Notes under the pieces: model-generated | Told to the model about the DNA's origin: nothing | What the model saw: the letters and a program-made list of their open reading frames with translations, nothing else | The model's database searches: none | Assembly: GCA_951406725.2 (NCBI GenBank) | Contig: OX597827.1 | Location: 40,424,001-40,488,000, forward strand | From: Octopus vulgaris | Taxonomy: Eukaryota | Direction: 5' to 3' | DNA: 64,000 nucleotides | Shown: one piece after another, positions 38,273 to 51,124 of the stretch | Numbering within the stretch: position 1 is the first letter of the stretch | Layout: each line of letters opens with the position of its first letter | Made by a program: the position numbers and the translations under genes

Positions 38273-39572
38273 TACACCAATTCCAGCGTTTCTTCCACTT
38301 TTGGAATCCTGCCTGGAAGTCGTTTTCCGTAAGCGAGTCGAAGACCGTCTGCGATTCGCTCTGGATCTTGACAACGGCGAACTTTGAGCTGCATTTTCCT
38401 CTTGGAGAAGTGATAGAAGTCTGCAGATGCTAAATCTGGCGAATAGGGCGGGGGCGAGTGAGGAGAGTCCGGTGACAGAGTGCATTGTTGTCGTGAAGAA
38501 TCCAATTCTTCGCATTCCACAGATCCGGTCGCTGTCGCCGAATGCCCTCCTTCAAACGCTTCAAAACGTCGCAGTTGAACTCTCGGTTGACAGTCTGGGC
38601 ATGGTGGTGGTGGTGGGACGAATTCTCCATGCGCAATATCACATTTCCGAGGGTGACGCTCGTGGCTGGTCTTCCAGATTGCTCATCGTCTTTCAAGCAA
38701 GTTCTTCCGCTTTTGAAGCGCCTGTGTCACACGAAATATTGCGTACGACCCATTACCTTGTTGCCATAAGCTTGCTGAAGCATGATCAATGTCTCTGTAG
38801 CAGACTTTTCAAGTTTTAGCGCAAAATTTCACGTTGGCTCTATCTTCCTATCTATGGCAAAAATCGAGGACTACAGCATACACGTGATCAGAAAAAAACA
38901 CAAATTTCACAACTTGTGAAGTAAACACAGCGATGTCACTCGGCGCACTGGTTCATGAAGGTCGCAAGCGTGCTGCCATCTGTTGGCGCGCTACAGAACT
39001 TGTCTGGAAACTTTTTGATGTCGGCTTGTACTTCTTTTTCAATCCTTACTCATACACATACGCGCGCGCGCGCACACACACACACCCACACACACACACC
39101 CACACACACACACACACACACAAGCACTGTACCCGGATGTCAAATGTGGAAAATAATCTTCTGTTAAACTGTAAATGACTTAACGAAGAACAAGTTTTAA
39201 TGTAGTTTTATGGTGTGTAATTGCATTTGCAAATATAATTTCATGCAAGTTGAATTCCCTCCCCCAGTTTTTATGATATTTAAAGCTTTTGAGACTGAGT
39301 TTATTGATAATATTAATTCTTCCGACTAAAACAGGGAGCTGGTAGAAGTGTTAGCGCGCCGGGCAAAAATGCTTAGCAGCATTTAGTCCGTCTGCGTTCA
39401 AATTCTATCGAGGTCAACTTTTCCTTTCATCCTTTTTGGGATCGATTAAATAAGTACCTTTCGAGCACTGGGGTCGATGTTACCGGCTTAACTCCTCTTT
39501 GAAAATTGCTGGCCTCGTACCAAAATTTAAAACTAATATTATTTTGTGATTAAGAAAATACTGTTTACTTTA

Positions 39573-40070
39573 TCTATTATATAAAATCCGTTCTGTGTGT
39601 GTGTATGTCTTCTAGGATCTCGGGCATCCTCCATCCGTTTGCGCTCAAATTTGATATGTAGATACCGTCGGTATCAGGGCGTGTATAAGTCTTGAAAAAA
39701 TTACAAAAATTGATTCCAGATGAGAATGTGATCGATAAAGCCGTGGGAACGTGCATTTGTACGCGCAAGTACATCAGCTGTTACGATCGATACTACGCGT
39801 ACGCGAGAAAAATGCGCGTGCAGTTTGCGCCAAAAAAGCCGGCTGGCTTGAAATAATGTCACATGAATAAAATCGTTTTTCTTTGGAATAGAAAAAAATC
39901 TATATTTCTTCTTTTGTTAGTGTCTCAAATTTAGGTTAAATCAGTGTTTCTCAAAGGGGAGGCCTATGGGACGGTTGGACAAGTTGTTTTGAGAAATTTT
40001 GGTTTAAATGTTTGACAACTCAGCACCTTCTATTGGACGGTGGTGGTGGGGGCGTTTTGCTCATATATAT
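39573..40070 (+). mobile_element. Helitron-like non-autonomous element, 5' part
   Basis: A|TCTATTATATAAAA start followed by (TG)n and ...CTCAAATTTG. 3' end unclear. Confidence 0.45.
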
Positions 40071-40859
40071 ATATATATATTTGAAAATACTATGATATAG
40101 GTGGTTTCACATACTAGGGTAGCACAGTCAACGGTGGTGCCCCAGCATGGCCGCAGCTTTCGGACTGAAACATTCTCAAGGATCTAAGGATATAATTTAT
40201 ACCATTTTCTTGTAATTCTAAATTGGTAGGCAGCACATTAAACAGAAGTAATTGTAACGGAATTGGTTTCCGAACTCAGAATGTAGAGAGACTCATGTAA
40301 ATACCACAAGGCATTCTGTCCAATTCTACCTTTCGTTGTGTCCTTCCAATATTATAAATAAATAAAAAGCTGCAAGCTGGCAGAATCCTTTGCACGCCGG
40401 GCAAAACGCTTAGCGGCATTTCGTCCGTCTTTACGTTATGAGTTCAAATTCTGCTGGGGGTTGGCTTTGCGTTTTATCCTTCCGAAGTTGATGAAAGAAG
40501 TACTTGTTGAACACTGGGGTCAATTTAATCGACTAACTCCTTTCTCCAAAACACTACTGGTCTTGTGCCCAAATTTGGAAGCGTATATTTACGAAGTTGT
40601 CGAGGTGGCAGAATCGTTAGCATTCCGTCCGTCTTTGTGTTCTGAGATCAAATTCCGCCGAGGTTGACTTTACCTGTCATCCTTTAGGAGTCGATAAAGT
40701 ACCAGTTGAACACTGGGATTGATATAGTCTTACTCCTTCCTCCGAAATTGCTGGCCTTGTACCAAAATTTGAAATCAATAAATAGATAAATAAATATTCA
40801 CCCAAACGCCCTTTTAAAGGAATCGAACAACTAAACAAATTGTTAAATTTATTTTGTAG

Positions 40860-40981
40860 GAGGAGAAGTCCGCCTGAACCGTCTAACCAAAATTACTCAC
40901 CCCAATATCGAATGCGACAATGGAATGGTTCACATCATTGATAGAGTTTTGATACCGTCAAAATTGCGACATCTAGGCTAA
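40860..40981 (+). CDS. FAS1 protein B, exon 6 (terminal; total CDS 918 nt, 305 aa)
   Basis: TTTTGTAG| acceptor. NIECDNGMVHIIDRVLIP (second H2) then TAA. Not in the ORF track. Confidence 0.92.
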
Positions 40982-41112
40982 GTCGACGGCGGACATTTTC
41001 CGCGAATGAAGAAAAAAAAGAGGCAAGCGCTGATAGGCACTGAATGTTTGAAAATCACCTCTCACTTGAATGCTTACCTTGCAATGACAAATGTGTGAAT
41101 TTTTTTTCAATT

Positions 41113-41138
41113 AATAAAGATACAGCAGATGTAATAAA
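41113..41138 (+). terminator. Polyadenylation signals of FAS1 gene B
   Basis: Two AATAAA (41113, 41133), 130-160 nt after the stop, followed by T-rich sequence. Confidence 0.6.
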
Positions 41139-41300
41139 GATATAACGTACTTTTAGATATTTATTATTTTCAGTTTATATACGTCGACATAATACCTTTC
41201 TTCCTTTGTTTGTTTGTTTGTTTGTTTGTTTGTTTCTTTCTTCCTTCCTTCCTTCCTTCCTTCCTTCCTCTCTCCCCATCTTTCTCTCTTTCGGTTTCTT

Positions 41301-41399
<99 letters not shown>

Positions 41400-41659
41400 C
41401 CTGCCTGTCTGTCTATCTGTCTATCTGTCCGTCTGTTTTCTTGCTATTCTGTTTGCCTTTTGTTGTTCACCATTAGGCGCTGGCGTGGTTATGTATAGGT
41501 GCGAGCATGATTCTGCAGTAACAAATTTACTTTCCAGCCACATGGTTTCGGGTTCAGTCCTACTGTGCGGCACCTTGGGCAAGTGTCTTCTACCATAGCC
41601 CCGAGCCGACCAATATCTTGTGAGTGAATTTGCTGCACGGAAACTGTGGGAAGCCCGTC

Positions 41660-41731
<72 letters not shown>

Positions 41732-42765
41732 GTATATACATGTATGTACGTATGTGTGTGTGTTTGTCCCTCACTCACTTGACAACCGCGGTTGGTTTGT
41801 TTACATCTTCGTAACTTACCGTTTCGGCAGAAAAGCCCAACAAAATAAATAAGATGCTTATTTTCTCCACTGAAAAGAAAAGAAACTCTTAAAAGCCGTG
41901 CCCAGTATGGCCGTGCTCCAATGACTGATATAAGTAAAATATGAAAGATTAAGATAAGGCGCGGTCGTGGCTGTGTGGTAAGAAGCTTGCTTCCCAACCA
42001 CATGACCCCTTGTTCAGTCCTTCCTGCGTGGTACGTTAGGAAGGTGTCTTCTGCTGTAGCTTCGGGCTGCTATAGCTTTGTGTCTGTGTTTGGTATGTTT
42101 ATTGTGTCTGTGTTTGGTATGTTTATGTCCCCATAACTTAGCGGTTCCGCAAAAGACCGATAGAATAAGTAACAGGCTTAAAAAACAAAACCCCAAATTC
42201 TTCAAGGCGGTGCTCCAGCATGACCGCAGTTTAATGACCGAAACAAATAGACGATATATGCAAATGACTGAGTCTGACAGAGCACAAGTCTTAAGGTGGA
42301 CAGTGTTCCTGTCGATGGCTCTTAATTCGTAACAGCCCAGTTCTTATGCCTGGAAGTAACGATCATATAGTGATATTTAGTTACAGTTTCCTAGACAGCG
42401 CTACCTCTATCACGAGCATTCAAGTTAAATTTCAGATCAGGTCCGAAAAAAAATTTCCTTCCTTCTTCCCACCTTGTAGGCTCTGGGAGAGGTCTTGACG
42501 CTGACCCCCCCACTCTCTCACGCATTCCTTTATCTTTCACCGGCTTTTAGTCGAACAAATCGGCTCCAGGACTTATTTTTTAAAGTCTAGTACTTATTCT
42601 ATTGGTATCTTTTGCCCGGCACCGGCTTTTAGCTGAAAAAATCGACTCCAGGACTTATTTTTTAAAGTTTAGTATTTATTTTATCGGTATCTTTTGCCGA
42701 ACAGCTATGTTACAGAGACATAAACACATCACCGGTTGTCAAGCGGTGGTGGTGGACAAAAATAA

Positions 42766-42996
42766 GGCGGCGAGCTGGCAGAAACGTTAGCACGCCGGGC
42801 GAAATGCCTAGCGATATTTCGCCTGCCGTTACGTTCTGAGTTCAAATTCCGCCGACGTCGACTTTACCTTTCATCCTTTCGGGGTCGATTAAATAAGTAC
42901 CAGTTATACACTGGGGTCGATATAATCGACTTAATCCGTTTGTCTGTCCTTGTTTGTCCTTTCTGTGTTTAGCCCCTTGTAGGTAGTAAAGAAATA
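42766..42996 (+). mobile_element. SINE family B (tRNA-like head, Tx1-type tail) with 18-bp TSD, nested in a family A copy
   Basis: TSD GGTGGTGGACAAAAATAA at 42748-42765 and 42997-43014. Other copies at 12090-12252, 14375-14605, 23330-23900(-, tandem), 25677-25882, and diverged copies at 39335-39535, 40372-40780, 58500-58700(-). Confidence 0.9.
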
Positions 42997-43931
42997 GGTG
43001 GTGGACAAAAATAAACATAGACATAACACACATACACACACACAAGCTATTGTTGAAGACACTTGCCCAAGGTGCCACGCAGTGGGACTGAACCTGGAAC
43101 CATGTGATTGAGAAGCAAGCTTCTTACCACACAGCTACGCCTGCGCCTATGCAGAGAGAAAAAGTACAAAAAAAAAGGAACGAAGTATACAGAAAAGGCA
43201 AAACCTAGCATAAACTGACGAGTGTTTTGCTAGCTGTATAGATGAATATAAGTGTTAAGTTCGTCTGTATTTATTCAAAGTTTAAAAGAGAGGTAAACAA
43301 AATCTTTCACTTTATCTAGCTCCTTCGTATTAACCCTCAAATTGGTTACTAATTATGTTATACTACCCCACTAGGACGAAGATGTCGGCGTTGCAACTAG
43401 TGATACCCTAAAAACAGCTTCATACGTGGGCTGCTATTGCTGTCTAGGCTATCCTTTCTTTTTCGGCCTCCCTAATCTTCTGAGCAGAAAACCCATCATT
43501 GACTTTAATTGCTACATGTTTAGCAGCTGGATTTCCTGTCCGAAACATGTATTGTACTCAATAAAGTCTATCACACATTCCATCTCCTATTTTATCAATA
43601 CTATTCCCTTCCGATCATTTCGAAATGTAACCACACGTGAATCGTTGGCGATCTTTGTTCTCCGTCTTACTTTTTTCTTGAACTTTCCTCTGTCTCGTGT
43701 TTCTGAAGAAGAGCTCTTTGCGTCTGCTAATACTTTGCATATACCACGTCCTTGAGTTGTTATTTTTTCGTATGTCTGTTCTTGATTTTTTTTATTTACT
43801 ATATATATGCATATATATTTAGATGAATGTGGTACGTAAGTTGAAGGTACCAGAATTTAGTATGGCACTATCTATATAATTTAAAATAAGGTGATTATAA
43901 TCAAAATAAGCAACAAGGATATCCATAGGTA

Positions 43932-44020
43932 ATGCAGTACGATCGTTTCAAGCGACTTCGTTTAATTGAACAATGCAAATATTACATCAATTTAAAATGT
44001 AAAGCAATCTTCAGCTGCAT
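43932..44020 (-). ncRNA. Type I hammerhead ribozyme motif (PLE-type, palindromic stem III)
   Basis: ATGCAG-CTGAAGA-(long, weak stem II)-GAAA-CGATCG-TA-CTGCAT, with a perfect 6-bp stem I. Confidence 0.7.
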
Positions 44021-44127
44021 AAAAATATAGAATTTAGTTAAATTGGAAGGACTCATTTGTATAATGTTTTATCCAATATCACCAAGAGGATAAGGAGATA
44101 GATAAAGAACATGTTTTATCAACAACA

Positions 44128-44535
44128 TCCTGGAAAGTTCGGAGGGACGATTTCTTGGGAAGTTTTGAAAGTTCCGAGGATGAGAGACTTCCTGGAAAAT
44201 CCCGATGACTTCCTGGAAAGTTCCGAGGATGAGAGACTCACAGGAAAGTTCCGAGGATGAGAGACTTCCAGGAAAGATCCGAGGATGAGACTTCCTGGAA
44301 AATTCCGAGGACTTCCTGTAAAGTTCCGAGGATGAGAAACTTCCGGGAAAGTTCCGAGGAAGAGATTTCCTGGAAAATTCCGAGGACTTCATTGAAAGTT
44401 CCGAGGATGGTAGACTTCCTGGAAAATACCGAGGACTTCCTGGAAATTTCCGATGATTAGACTTCCTGCAAAATTCCGAGTACTTCCTGGAAAGTTCCCG
44501 AGGATGAGATTTTCTGGAAAGTTCCCAGGATGCGA
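44128..44535. repeat. Minisatellite of 21-28-bp units (CTGGAAAGTTCCGAGGATGAGAGACTTC)
   Basis: Many diverged tandem copies visible directly. Confidence 0.9.
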
Positions 44536-45457
44536 ATTATTTAACAAGATAATTCATGCTCACTACATTGAATATGTTAACACTAGTTCATCGTTGAACT
44601 GGGTTTTGGTCTGATGTGTAAGCAACCACATGTCTTGTTCTGCCGACGCAGATATCACTAGTTTCCTTAAATTGTTATTTAGTTCCAATCCTGATCGAGT
44701 AGAGCATATAGATCAGTAATTCTATGACTGACAGTATCAGTCCTCTACTCTAGTACTTATTTTTTAAAGCCCGATGTAACATATAAATTTCAAATTTCTA
44801 AGCCAGGATTCGAAATCGAACCTACATTTTTCTACAAGTTCTCTGTCTATTGTTCTTACCTGTTGCACCAGGAAATTTATGAGAGTAATCTGACCTCTTA
44901 ACCTTCTTTTCAGTCATACATGGGCCAAGGTTGACTAGAAAGGAAAATCCTTTGTCTAGCCTAACCTAATGTAATGAGAAAATATAAATACGCAGCCAAA
45001 AATCTGTTCTATCTCTTCGGTGTCCCTTGACCGCCGGTCAGTGAGCATCTCTATTTCTCACTTCAAGTATGGCCTGTCATTGTGCGGCAATACAATTCTT
45101 ATTCTTTCAACTTGACTGTTACATATTCATATCTGTGTGTTTGCGAATGCCAAACTACTCCCTACTCTTGGCACTATTTTGTAGTGAATAGTACGAACTG
45201 TGTGAAAAGTAAACAATGTATCACTACGCTAATGTCGTCCGTGTAATCAAGCAACGTCAATAAACACGTTAAATAATAACAATGGTTTTAAACTGGTTGT
45301 CTTTCCCAATACAACAAACCACACGCATAACATGGTGGCAGCGGTAAACAATTAATCCGGAATTGTGCTTTTAAAAACAAAACAGGAACGCAACGAACGA
45401 GGAAATCAACAAACAAAACATCGCTACGCTTCGGAAAACATAAACAAAGAATCCAAG

Positions 45458-46189
45458 ATGGCGACCCCCGTCGCCGTACAGATGAATCTGTATCCGATTA
45501 TGAACTGGGATTCTAGTGATGTCGTTGAAGAATTTAAAAAATTCAAACAAAAAGCTCAACTAGCTTTCAAAAGTTTCCTGAAAGGCAGAACAGACGATGA
45601 AAAGGTAAGTTATATCCTTTTATGGTCAGGCAATAAAGGAATAGACCTATACAATAGCTGGGATATGTCAGAATCAGACTGCAATGACCCAGATACACTT
45701 CTTGAAAAATTTGAGAGGCACTTAGAGCCCAGGTCAAACCACAGAATTCAGAGATACGAATTCCAGGGCCTGAAACAAGCCCCACAAGAAACAATAGACA
45801 ATTTCCTGTCAAGGCTGAAAAATGTTGCAGAGAAATGCAAATTCAAAGACAGGGAGGAGAGAATTGTAGACCAATTAATATGGGGGTGTGCCCACAAAGA
45901 AGTGCAAAAATCGCTAATAGGTAAGGACGCTCTCCAGTTGGTAGAAGCAGTAGACACTGCAAGAGCATTTGAAGCCACTACCAAACAGATGGCCTCACTA
46001 AGCTTACAAGCAAGCCCACTAGATAGCAGTGTAGATACTGTATCCAGGCACAGGACACAAACCCACAACCAAAGAACTTGCCGGTACTGTGGTACAGAGC
46101 ATGAATTTAATGACCGAAAAAAATGTCCTGCATTCGGTACACACTGCAAAGGATGTGGAAAACTGAACCACTGGAAAAAAAATGTGTAG
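45458..46189 (+). CDS. Retrotransposon Gag (frameshifted at its end)
   Basis: QAPQETIDNFLSRLKNVAEKCKF...RIVDQLIWG, CRYCG..H and CKGCGKLNH knuckles. Confidence 0.85.
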   Translation: MATPVAVQMNLYPIMNWDSSDVVEEFKKFKQKAQLAFKSFLKGRTDDEKVSYILLWSGNKGIDLYNSWDMSESDCNDPDTLLEKFERHLEPRSNHRIQRYEFQGLKQAPQETIDNFLSRLKNVAEKCKFKDREERIVDQLIWGCAHKEVQKSLIGKDALQLVEAVDTARAFEATTKQMASLSLQASPLDSSVDTVSRHRTQTHNQRTCRYCGTEHEFNDRKKCPAFGTHCKGCGKLNHWKKNV

Positions 46190-46419
46190 AATAACAAAAT
46201 CCCAGAGATATAAGCCCCAAGTTTCAAAGAGGAGCAGAAATAGAAGGGATATACATGCACAACAACAGGAACAAAGCACCTCAGAGGAGGAATTCTTAGC
46301 AATCGGCATAATAAATGTGCATGAGAAGGGAAAGGACGACCGAAGGAAAAAAGATGAGGCATACACGACAATGAAAATTCAAAAGAAGGCCGGAAGGAAA
46401 AGAACAAACATAGACTTAA

Positions 46420-47809
46420 GATAGACACTGGGGCCCAGAGTGATATCTTGCCTATCGGCTTATACAAAAAGATGTTCCCAGAAAATATGACAGAAGAGGA
46501 TAGGGTCAGGAAAGGAATCCTCACACCAAGTGATGTAATCCTCACTGCGTACGGAGGTACCAGAATCCCACAACTGGGGAAAACAACAATAAAGGGGACA
46601 CACAAAGGGAAACCAATCGAGTGTACATTTTATGTCACAAGAACAGGAGGCCCAGCAATTCTTGGACTCGATACCTGCAGGAGGTTAAATATTGTGTCGG
46701 TCAATACTGAAGTGAAAGCAGCTCCAAGCAGGATTGTAAGTGATATGCCTATCAAAAACCGACCACCAATCACAAACAAAAAGGAGATGGAAGGACTAAG
46801 CAGAAAGGTCCACCACATTGTAAATGTGACAACCAATAAGAGCATGTACAAAGACATAGAAAAGTACAAAACCTCACAACAAAAGAAAGACATAGAAAAG
46901 TACAAAACCTCACAACAAAAGAAAGACATAGAAAAGTACAAAACCTCACAACAAAAGGAGGAAATGATATCTGGTGACATCCCAAGAAGGCCATGGCAAA
47001 CTATTGGAGTAGATCTATTCACAGAAGGCCAAGAATGGTATTTAATAATGGCCTGCTACTACTCCAAATTTCCATTTGTGAGAAAAGTGAAAGACCTGAC
47101 AAGCAAAACAATCACTACAGTGGCCCGAGGACTCCTAGCAGAGCAAGGAATACCAGAGCAGATCATATGTGACAATGGAACCCAGTTCACGTCACAAGAA
47201 TTCAAAAAGCTAGCTGATGAATATGGGTTCAATATTGCAACTTCATCTCCACACTGCCCCAAAGGTCATGGGTTTATAGAAAGACAGGTGCAGACAGTGA
47301 AGAGAACACTAGTCAAATGCCGGAAGACTAGGGAAGACCCACACCTGGCACTTATGTCCCTACGAGCGACTCCACTGAGAGCTAATATGAAATCCCCAGC
47401 AGAATTGCTGAATGGCAGGAAGTATAAAACTACCCTGCCAACTAAGATTCAACCTCCTATTGACCAGAAAGAAACAAGGGCCAAGCTAGCAGCCACTCAA
47501 GAACAAGCACAGAGGCATTGCAACAAACATGCACAACATTTACCTGAGATGCTTGGAGGACAACATGTGCATACTCAAGATCCCATAACTAAAACATGGA
47601 TCCCAGCAAAGGTTGTCAGTAGAGCTGAAACTCCAAGATCAAATATGATAGAAACAGAATCTGGTAGGCAGCTGAAACAACAGGGCCCACATCCGCCCAA
47701 CACCAGAGCTGCCGAGGAAAACGTGTACAACACACCTCAGACACCGGTGCGAAGCAGAAGATCCACCAGATGGAGAAAGAACATTCTGCCACCGGTTCGA
47801 TACCGCTAA
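46420..47809 (+). CDS. Retrotransposon Pol remnant: protease fused in frame to integrase core
   Basis: IDTGAQSDIL...ILGLDTC, then PWQTIGVDLF, CDNGTQFTS, GFIERQVQTVK. No RT YxDD. Confidence 0.85.
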
Positions 47810-48824
47810 AGAAAAAGAAAAGACATGATGAAAATCCATAGAGCAAGGGAGACTACTCATAGTTGTCTTCACTGCCAAGAGACCCCTTTTTTTTCAAGAA
47901 GAAGGGATGTTACATATTCATATCTGTGTGTTTGCGAATGCCAAACTACTCCCTACTCTTGGCACTATTTTGTAGTGAATAGTACGAACTGTGTGAAAAG
48001 TAAACAATGTATCACTACGCTAATGTCGTCCGTGTAATCAAGCAACGTCAATAAACACGTTAAATAATAACAATGGTTTTAAACTGGTTGTCTTTCCCAA
48101 TACAGAAAACCACACGCATAACATTGACTAAACTTTCTTACTCTTTCTCTCTTTAAAGTCACCCACAGAAGAAACAAGGGCCAAGCTAGCAGCCACTCAA
48201 GAACAAGCACAGAGGCATTGCAACAAACATGCACAACATTTACCTGAGATGCTTGGAGGACAACATGTGCATCAACGGGATGGACTATAAGAACTAAAAT
48301 AATTTGTGTATCACAACTCCAACAATTCGAAGTAGTTGTAACTTACTTTGTAACGATGACGATAATAAATAAAAGACCATTTCAACAACCAATATCTTCT
48401 CTCATTTATCTGCTACACATAATCATTATAATTAACCTAAGATGTTTATAAACTGTTAAAACTGGATCTTAAACTAAACCGTTACACCTGGTACTTATTC
48501 TTTTTGCGGAGCCACTTTGTTACAAGGACGTAAACAAGCTAACACTGGTTGTCAAACGTTGGTGGGGGACATACGTGTACACACACACACACACACACAC
48601 GTACATAATTAAGTGCTTTGACTACAACATTAGACCATTTTAGCTCTTATTTCTAGCAATGTATGTGTTTATAACACCCTACTCGCATTTAGTGACAATT
48701 ATAGTTTTCCTTTTTGGTAAAACATTGCAAGCTGCTGTCTATTTTAATTTCATATGTAAAATTAAAATAGGCGGTGCTCCAGCATGGCCGCAGTCAGATG
48801 ACTGAAACAAGTAAAAGAATAAAA

Positions 48825-48887
<63 letters not shown>

Positions 48888-49064
48888 GGCGGTGCCCCAG
48901 CATGGCCACAGCTCATAGGCTGGAACTGGAATCAATCAATCATATATCACCGTGATCACCGTGACCGACCAGGCCATCAGATGTTGTTACACATCGCTGG
49001 TCACAATGCGCTTCGCATTGTTTTAGCCTTCAAATGACGCCACCCCGCTGGCTAAGCGAGCAGG

Positions 49065-49130
<66 letters not shown>

Positions 49131-49442
49131 AGGAGGAGGAGGCGACCTCCTTCAGTCATGAATGACCACGGGATTGCACCTAGAAAGTTACCCTCCGATG
49201 CACAAGTCAGGGTAAGATTGTTTGTGGTAGGCTAGCAGTCGCCCATGCATACCAGCCTCCCCTCTCCACACCTCTGATGTTATCCAAGGGAAAAGCAAAG
49301 GGGCCGATACAGCTTGGCACCAGTGATGTCGCAACTCAAGAACACAACACACAGCCAGGTCCGGGAATCGAACTCACAACCTCACGATCGTAAGCTCTAC
49401 GCTCTAACCACTGAGCCATGCGCCTTCTCTCTCTCTCTCTCA

Positions 49443-49477
<35 letters not shown>

Positions 49478-49486
49478 TCACACACT

Positions 49487-49533
<47 letters not shown>

Positions 49534-49537
<4 letters not shown>

Positions 49538-50725
49538 ACGCGGGGACCTCCGAAAACTGTACGGAATCCCTCAGACAGGCCCGACTCGATCAGCGAATGT
49601 TCTCGCCACGGTAACTCGTCGGAGAGAAGAGAGAGAGAGACACAACCGCAGCAAGGCAACAGAAACACAGAGAGGCAACCGAGAGAGACACCAAAAGAGG
49701 CAAGGCAAAACGGCAACACTGGCTTACATTCAACAACTAGTTTATATGACAATCAATGGTTACAACATCAAAGCACTTAAGGCAAACAACAAATCAATAC
49801 ATCATACGGGTATACCACAGATCAAAGCATTTAACAACATGCATGTAACAATATATCAGTCCGGAGACACAACAAGTCATATACAGTATTTCAAAGGTAC
49901 ACGTCCGAAGACACAGTTCTTTTTCCAAATCACATCAACAGATAACGTTCACAGTTCTTTATAATTCTTTTTCTACACATATCAACACAATTCTGAACAT
50001 AAATACCACAACTCGATAATCGACATATCGACAAGTCCTTGACTGTTCTTTTCACTGTTCAATACACCGTGACACGTATCAATACACAATCAAATACCTT
50101 AATTCCTAATTAGAATCGCCAGTGTCCCATTCCGCACTCCATCTCTCCCTCTATACTGCTAAATCCAGCTTGCCAAGTCCCGCATCCCAACTTGCTTGCT
50201 CCTAAGATTCCACCGCTTGCTCCTAAGATTCCACCTACTCGCTCTTAAGATTCCACCTACTTGCCGACTTCCAAGATCCGTCTGTCTTCTTTGACGACCG
50301 AGTACCAACTGCCCAAAACATCACTTCCTCTCTGTCCTTCCACTACCCTAATCTCCCCCTGTCTCTACTGCTCATAGCCTCTCCATTTGCCCTGGTCCCT
50401 AACTGCCTATCTCTATCGCCTCAATCTGTCCCTTAGCCTTATACTCTATCTCTCTCACTACTTTTCTTCTCTCTGCCCCTCATCCTCTCTTACTGCCAAT
50501 ACCCTCTCCATCTGCTCTTAGATTCCTTACTCTATCTTTTTCTTACTACTGCTAGATTCTTCCTCACATATTCAAGGGGTGTCTAGAACGACCTCTAATT
50601 CACCCGCACAGGGTCACAAGGTCCCATTAATCTCCCAGTAAACAAAGGACTGTCACTTTTCTTCCAGACGTGCCGGCGCCACACCCAAAGTGGGTCACCA
50701 AGAAATACTGCACTAGCTAAACTCA

Positions 50726-50730
<5 letters not shown>
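49534..50730. mobile_element. Probable solo LTR (~1.2 kb) inserted in (TA)n
   Basis: Termini TGTTACG...CATAAC(T), (TA)n on both sides, internal ~20-bp tandem repeats, no credible ORF. Confidence 0.5.
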
Positions 50731-50792
<62 letters not shown>

Positions 50793-51022
50793 GCACACAG
50801 ACACACACACGCACACATATTATTTTAATTATTAGACAGTGGTCATGCTGGCGCATCACCATAAAGAATTTTCGTCCAACGAATCGACCGCAGTACTTAT
50901 TAAAAAAAAATCCTAGTACTTATTCTATCAGTCACTTTTACCAAAGTGCTAAGTTACGGGGATATAAACACACCTCTATCAACTGTCAAGCAGTGGAAGA
51001 GGACAAACATAGACAGACACAC

Positions 51023-51124
<102 letters not shown>

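Larger units (their letters stand above)
37789..39030 (-). mobile_element. Internally deleted mariner transposon hosting nested insertions
   Basis: Imperfect TIRs (TACGAGGTAGTTTCAAAAAGTTCC / GGAAACTTTTTGATGTCGGCTTGTA) with TA ends. DDEQSGRP, WILHDNNA, PYSPDLASADF. Confidence 0.85.
45117..48123 (+). mobile_element. Ty3/gypsy Mag-type LTR retrotransposon, RT/RNase H-deleted, 3007 bp
   Basis: 216-bp TG..CA LTRs (45117-45332, 47908-48123) differing at 2 adjacent bases. TSD TTGAC. PBS TGGTGGCAGCGGT (tRNA-Leu-like), PPT AAGAAGAAGGGA. Gag with zinc knuckles, protease DTGA, integrase D..D..E core. Confidence 0.95.

Noticed and set aside
44069-44460. Repetitive ORFs in the minisatellite (possible neuropeptide or structural repeat protein)
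   Set aside because: Unit lengths are not consistently multiples of 3, there are frame breaks, and no convincing splice sites.
45748-46605. 285-aa minus-strand ORF
   Set aside because: Antisense shadow of the retrotransposon gag/protease.
49314-49964. 216-aa ORF
   Set aside because: Spans a SINE head, microsatellites and the putative solo LTR.
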